Virus record (IMG/VR): IMGVR_UViG_3300045391_001876
Coordinates: 1 to 64,000 of that record
DNA from: a virus
Strand: one strand, 5' to 3'
DNA: 64,000 nucleotides
Below, piece by piece: positions 61,000 through 64,000 of this stretch. Every line of letters begins with the position of its first letter. Positions within the stretch are counted from its first letter, which is position 1. The notes under the pieces were generated by a model. It ran no database searches. It was not told the DNA's origin and saw only the letters and a program-made list of their open reading frames with translations. A program made the translations under genes and the position numbers.

Positions 61000-61845
61000 C
61001 TACAGCGACGCGACGGTGGACACGGCCACATTCCCACGGGCGTCCAGCGGAGGACGGTTCGGCGGCTTGTCTGTTGGCGCATCCCACACAACTCCTCGTG
61101 TCATCTCGTCCAGGTGGTAGGTAACCACCCCGGGAAAGTGCCGCTGGTACGTGTCGTGGAACTGGGCGCTGTGCAGCGGTACGTCGGCCACGACGCTGTC
61201 CAGCCACGTCGGGTGGAGAAGCAGGTCCTTGGTCGTGTAATAGGTGGAGGAGTCACCCGTGGTCTGTATCGCGTAGGCGGCCATGCGTTCGGCCCGCTCC
61301 AGGTGGAACTGGTGTGTTTCCCACCCGCCCGGGTTGACCATGTCCACCACTACGAGCCGCCCACCCGGCGCGAGCAACTGCCTCACCTTGGGCAGTACGG
61401 TGTCCGCGTCACCGGCATGGTGTAGCGCGCGTACCGACAGCACGTAGTGGTACGGACCGAACGGCGCCGTGTGGTCGTCCATCGTTTGCCGCTGGTACCG
61501 GATGCCTTCCAGGCCACGGAGCTTGCGCGCAATCTCCAGCATGCTGCCGGACGGGTCGATACCGATCACGGACAGGCAGCGCTGCTTGAGCTGCACCGTG
61601 GACCGTCCTGTGCCGCACCCGATGTCCAGCCCGCGCGCCATCCCGTGGCGTACCGGTTGCTGGTGCACCTCGTGAACGGGCGTCCACGGGTCGTCCAGAC
61701 TCTCCCGCTCCGACATGCCCGGGTCCAGCGTCTTGTCGAGCGCGGCGGCCACCCACCCGTGCACGCTGGCGTCGATGCCCTCCCACAGAGCGCAGAAGCG
61801 TTCGTACTTTTCGGCCAGCTCGTCGAACCCTGTCGCTGTGGTCAC
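61000..61845 (-). CDS. class I SAM-dependent methyltransferase (281 aa)
   Basis: GLDIGCGTGRS (motif I) and LAPGGRLVVVD. GTG 61845 overlaps the upstream stop. Confidence 0.75.
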   Translation of the reverse strand: MTTATGFDELAEKYERFCALWEGIDASVHGWVAAALDKTLDPGMSERESLDDPWTPVHEVHQQPVRHGMARGLDIGCGTGRSTVQLKQRCLSVIGIDPSGSMLEIARKLRGLEGIRYQRQTMDDHTAPFGPYHYVLSVRALHHAGDADTVLPKVRQLLAPGGRLVVVDMVNPGGWETHQFHLERAERMAAYAIQTTGDSSTYYTTKDLLLHPTWLDSVVADVPLHSAQFHDTYQRHFPGVVTYHLDEMTRGVVWDAPTDKPPNRPPLDARGNVAVSTVASL

Positions 61846-62993
61846 TGGTGCGGCTCCTGACCCAGTACCACGCTGTGGTCCAGGAACTGATTGGTGGCCA
61901 GGGACGCACCGGTAAGCCCCGCCGGCACGGTAACCCTCCGACTGGCGTACACCGGCCTGAGGTCCCCGAGCACCTTGTCGAGACGTCCACTCGGTGCTAC
62001 GTCCAGGCTGCCGAAAACCCTGTCTGCACCGTTGGCGGCCAGTCCGTCCTCCCACATCACGCGAACCCCGTACCGCGCCTGCTCCAGGCTGTAGGAGTAC
62101 GGGGCCGGGTACTTCGCGTCCAGGTCCACGATGCGCTTCAACGCTGGGTCCGGGTTGTTGAAGAAGGCCACCGAGGCACGCTGGAGGATCGGTACCAGTT
62201 TGTGAAGACACGCGGCCTTCTCGGTGACATCGCTCTTGCGCACGATCACTGCGTTGCGGTAGTTGGGGAAGCCGGCGTCGGCCACGTACGCGTACCGCGT
62301 CTGCACATGGAGTTGGTTGTAGATGTAGACCTCGTTGGTGGAGAACCCACCGACTGCCGCGCTGCGCTTCTCCATCAGGTGGGTGGGAGATCCGTCGTAA
62401 CTGGTGTTGAGCTGCTTGGCGCGCAGGATGCCGGACCCGACCAGGTAGTCCACCTGTGCCGTGGGGAACGTGAACACCGTGTCGTTGGTCTGGCCGATAT
62501 CGGTGATCGTGTTCCAGTCCGGGTGCACCTTGGCATCCCAGATGTACACCACAGGGTCCACCTGGAGCGGTGCCATCACGGCCACCGTGGGGTTGTCCTG
62601 GGTCCAGGACGCGATCACGTCGTCCATGGCCTCCTGACCGAGGTCGATGTCAGGGTGCACCTTCATCAGCTCGGAGGCTTGGATACCCGACACGGCCGGT
62701 CCCCCGGCCATCAGCTCGATACGCACACCGGTCGGCTTGCCCTGGTCGTACAGGTCACCGGTCACGCTCTTGTGGTTGGTGTCCACGGTGACGTTGCCGC
62801 CCAGGAGCTGGAACTGTGGGCCTTGCGTGCTCTCCGGGAACCAGGACAGCGCAAACTTGATCAGCGGTTTGCACACCCCGGCCAGCGGCCCGCTGCTGCT
62901 GGCCGTACTGGTGGTGACCGCTGGCGAGCTGGAGCACGCTGTTGCGGCCAGAACCACCGCCGCCAGCGCGATCAGTACCCGTCTGGATCTCAT
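61842..62993 (-). CDS. lipoprotein resembling an ABC-transporter solute-binding protein (NMT1/SsuA-like, tentative)
   Basis: MRSRRVLIALAAVVLAATAC signal peptide with lipobox. Mature part begins ...KFALSWFPESTQGPQFQLLGG and has SBP-like length and pattern. Confidence 0.6.
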   Translation of the reverse strand: MRSRRVLIALAAVVLAATACSSSPAVTTSTASSSGPLAGVCKPLIKFALSWFPESTQGPQFQLLGGNVTVDTNHKSVTGDLYDQGKPTGVRIELMAGGPAVSGIQASELMKVHPDIDLGQEAMDDVIASWTQDNPTVAVMAPLQVDPVVYIWDAKVHPDWNTITDIGQTNDTVFTFPTAQVDYLVGSGILRAKQLNTSYDGSPTHLMEKRSAAVGGFSTNEVYIYNQLHVQTRYAYVADAGFPNYRNAVIVRKSDVTEKAACLHKLVPILQRASVAFFNNPDPALKRIVDLDAKYPAPYSYSLEQARYGVRVMWEDGLAANGADRVFGSLDVAPSGRLDKVLGDLRPVYASRRVTVPAGLTGASLATNQFLDHSVVLGQEPHQ

Positions 62994-63030
62994 GCGTAGC
63001 CCTTCTGTACTGGGGGTTTAGGTCGTAGGT

Positions 63031-63045
63031 AATCCTAACAGGATC
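63031..63045. promoter_or_regulatory. operator-like palindrome AATCCTAACAGGATC
   Basis: Identical to 11026-11040. 37 nt upstream (minus strand) of the lipoprotein ATG, in the divergent gap. Confidence 0.5.
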
Positions 63046-63140
63046 ACCCCCTTACCTCAGGATGCCGAGACCTGCCAATCCGCTGTGCACAAGGAACGTG
63101 CCCCACACGTCCAGTTGACAGAGGAGGGAAGGTAATCCGG

Positions 63141-63464
63141 TTGAGTGAGTTCCCTACCGGCGTCGTTAACAGTGGCGGTAGCGACTTCCCGTTGCCGACG
63201 GTCTTTCTGTGGACGGAGCTGAACCGCAGGATCGACGTGGCCACACACAGGATCGACTCCCTGGACCAACACGGCACACGGGGCGTGGAAGCTTTGCGTC
63301 TGGCCTTCCAGCAGCTCGAACAGGACATCCGAGACCACGAGGCCACCCACCAGGTGACCGAGGAGCGTCAGGCGAACTCCCGCCGTTGGTTGATAGGCAC
63401 GGTTGTGTCGCTGCTGGTTCCCCTGTACCCGCTGATTGGGTGGGTGTTGATTCAAGGCCGCTAG
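63141..63464 (+). CDS. coiled-coil protein with C-terminal transmembrane anchor (107 aa)
   Basis: TTG start behind GAGGAGGGAAGG. C-terminal RRWLIGTVVSLLVPLYPLIGWVLI. Same architecture as 18444..18977. Confidence 0.45.
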   Translation: MSEFPTGVVNSGGSDFPLPTVFLWTELNRRIDVATHRIDSLDQHGTRGVEALRLAFQQLEQDIRDHEATHQVTEERQANSRRWLIGTVVSLLVPLYPLIGWVLIQGR

Positions 63465-63483
63465 TCGCTGGCCGGCCGTAGGC

Positions 63484-63532
63484 GGTGGCCCCCGCGTTGT
63501 CTTCCCGACCCACAGTCAACGCGGGGACCACC
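63484..63532 (+). terminator. hairpin after gene 63141..63464
   Basis: 16-bp stem with one mismatch (ggtggcccccgcgttg / caacgcggggaccacc) and a 17-nt loop. Confidence 0.4.
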
Positions 63533-63794
63533 TGGCACCAGTGAGGTTGCGACATCGAGTTTCCGGCGTCAACCGGTGACCGCGCGCTTCCCGCCACAGG
63601 ACAGCGGTCCTCGACCCTCCGGTACGTAACCGTGGAGGGTAGGGCGGTCCGTAGCGCTGGTCCAGTACCCCACGCGGTGGACCCCCCAGCGTCCACGCTG
63701 CCCGCTTAGCCGCCGTTCCCCGGTGTCCCTGGGTGGGTGCGCTCTCCGCTGGTGGCACAGTCCCGCTCAGGCTTGATCAACAGAAGGGTGAACG

Positions 63795-64000
63795 GTGTCG
63801 AAATCGTGGAACGTAGATGCACCCGTGACCGTGGTGGACGACGTAGCGGCCACCTTCACGGCCGAGGTGACGGACCCCAACCTGATCATCATGGGTAGCC
63901 CGTGGCTGGTGGACCGGATCACGGTCACCATGCACCTGGCCGACGAGGCACCCATGCCTGTGGTAGAGGGTGACGTGTTGCTGGTGCGAACCAAGGTGGC
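63795..64000 (+). CDS. hypothetical protein, N-terminal part only (runs off right edge)
   Basis: GTG 63795 (VSKSWNVDAPVTVVDDVAATFTAEVTDPNLIIMGSPWLVDR...). Open to the window end with high third-position GC. Absent from the ORF track because there is no stop. Confidence 0.4.
   Translation, partial: MSKSWNVDAPVTVVDDVAATFTAEVTDPNLIIMGSPWLVDRITVTMHLADEAPMPVVEGDVLLVRTKV

Noticed and set aside
61848-62999. 383-aa + strand ORF mirroring the lipoprotein gene
   Set aside because: It is an antisense shadow. The minus-strand product has a signal peptide with lipobox and a protein-like sequence. The + product is Arg/Gly/His-rich.
63114-63140. TTGACA at 63114 as a -35 box for gene 63141
   Set aside because: No acceptable TAnnnT -10 element lies at 16-18 nt spacing before the TTG start, so no promoter is called.
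1-64000. tRNA, rRNA, CRISPR arrays, insertion sequences
   Set aside because: I saw no T-loop-like GGTTCGAATCC-type sequences in non-coding gaps, no spaced direct-repeat arrays, and no transposase-like ORFs. This was by eye only, so tRNAscan/CRISPR finders should confirm.
59251-64000. Right-hand region as host chromosome (prophage boundary near 59300)
   Set aside because: The 15-mer operator at 63031 is identical to the one at 11026, and a near-copy of the 13-bp word occurs at 59818. The integrase is far from this point. I treat the region as phage cargo, though only junction data can settle it.

Overview
High-GC DNA (roughly two-thirds G+C by eye). It reads as most of the genome of a temperate siphovirus-type actinobacteriophage, not a prophage with host flanks. 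The large serine integrase sits mid-window inside a tightly packed operon, and regulatory words are shared between the far left and far right.

Layout:
- 1-4902: leftward block of small genes, including an RHH protein and a Lys/Ala/Pro-tailed protein.
- 5011-8910: rightward 7-deazaguanine DNA-modification operon (ParB-like, DpdA-like, unknown 131 aa, QueD, QueE, FolE), translationally coupled into TerS. No QueC was seen.
- 9355-10907: reverse-strand membrane/lipoprotein cargo between TerS and TerL.
- 11061-37022: HK97-like packaging, head, tail and lysis operon (TerL, portal, prohead protease, capsid, connectors, major tail, G/T chaperone, tape measure, minor tails, GH25 endolysin). It is interrupted by a C5 DNA methyltransferase, a sugar-nucleotide/glycosyltransferase cassette (C-methyltransferase, Gmd, three glycosyltransferases) and further reverse-strand lipoproteins.
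- 37019-40069: leftward genes including a second ParB-like protein with an HTH.
- 40413-44944: early operon containing the serine integrase.
- 44941-46061: XRE repressor / Cro-like switch.
- 46058-59205: replication and early genes (PD-(D/E)XK nuclease, Cas4-like nuclease, primase-helicase, Pol I and many small genes).
- 59382-62993: leftward cargo (HNH on the other strand, SAM methyltransferase, solute-binding-like lipoprotein).

No tRNA, rRNA or CRISPR array was seen.

The most unusual signals are at DNA-word level:
1. A 13-bp word, GTCCA-N-TG-TGGAC, occurs 14 times perfectly and about 20 times with one mismatch. It lies almost always inside genes and almost always in one reading phase.
2. 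A RATCC-N5-GGATC palindrome occurs 7 times, only in the large intergenic gaps that precede operons.

All functional calls rest on motif recognition by eye. No database search or program was run, and start codons are best guesses.
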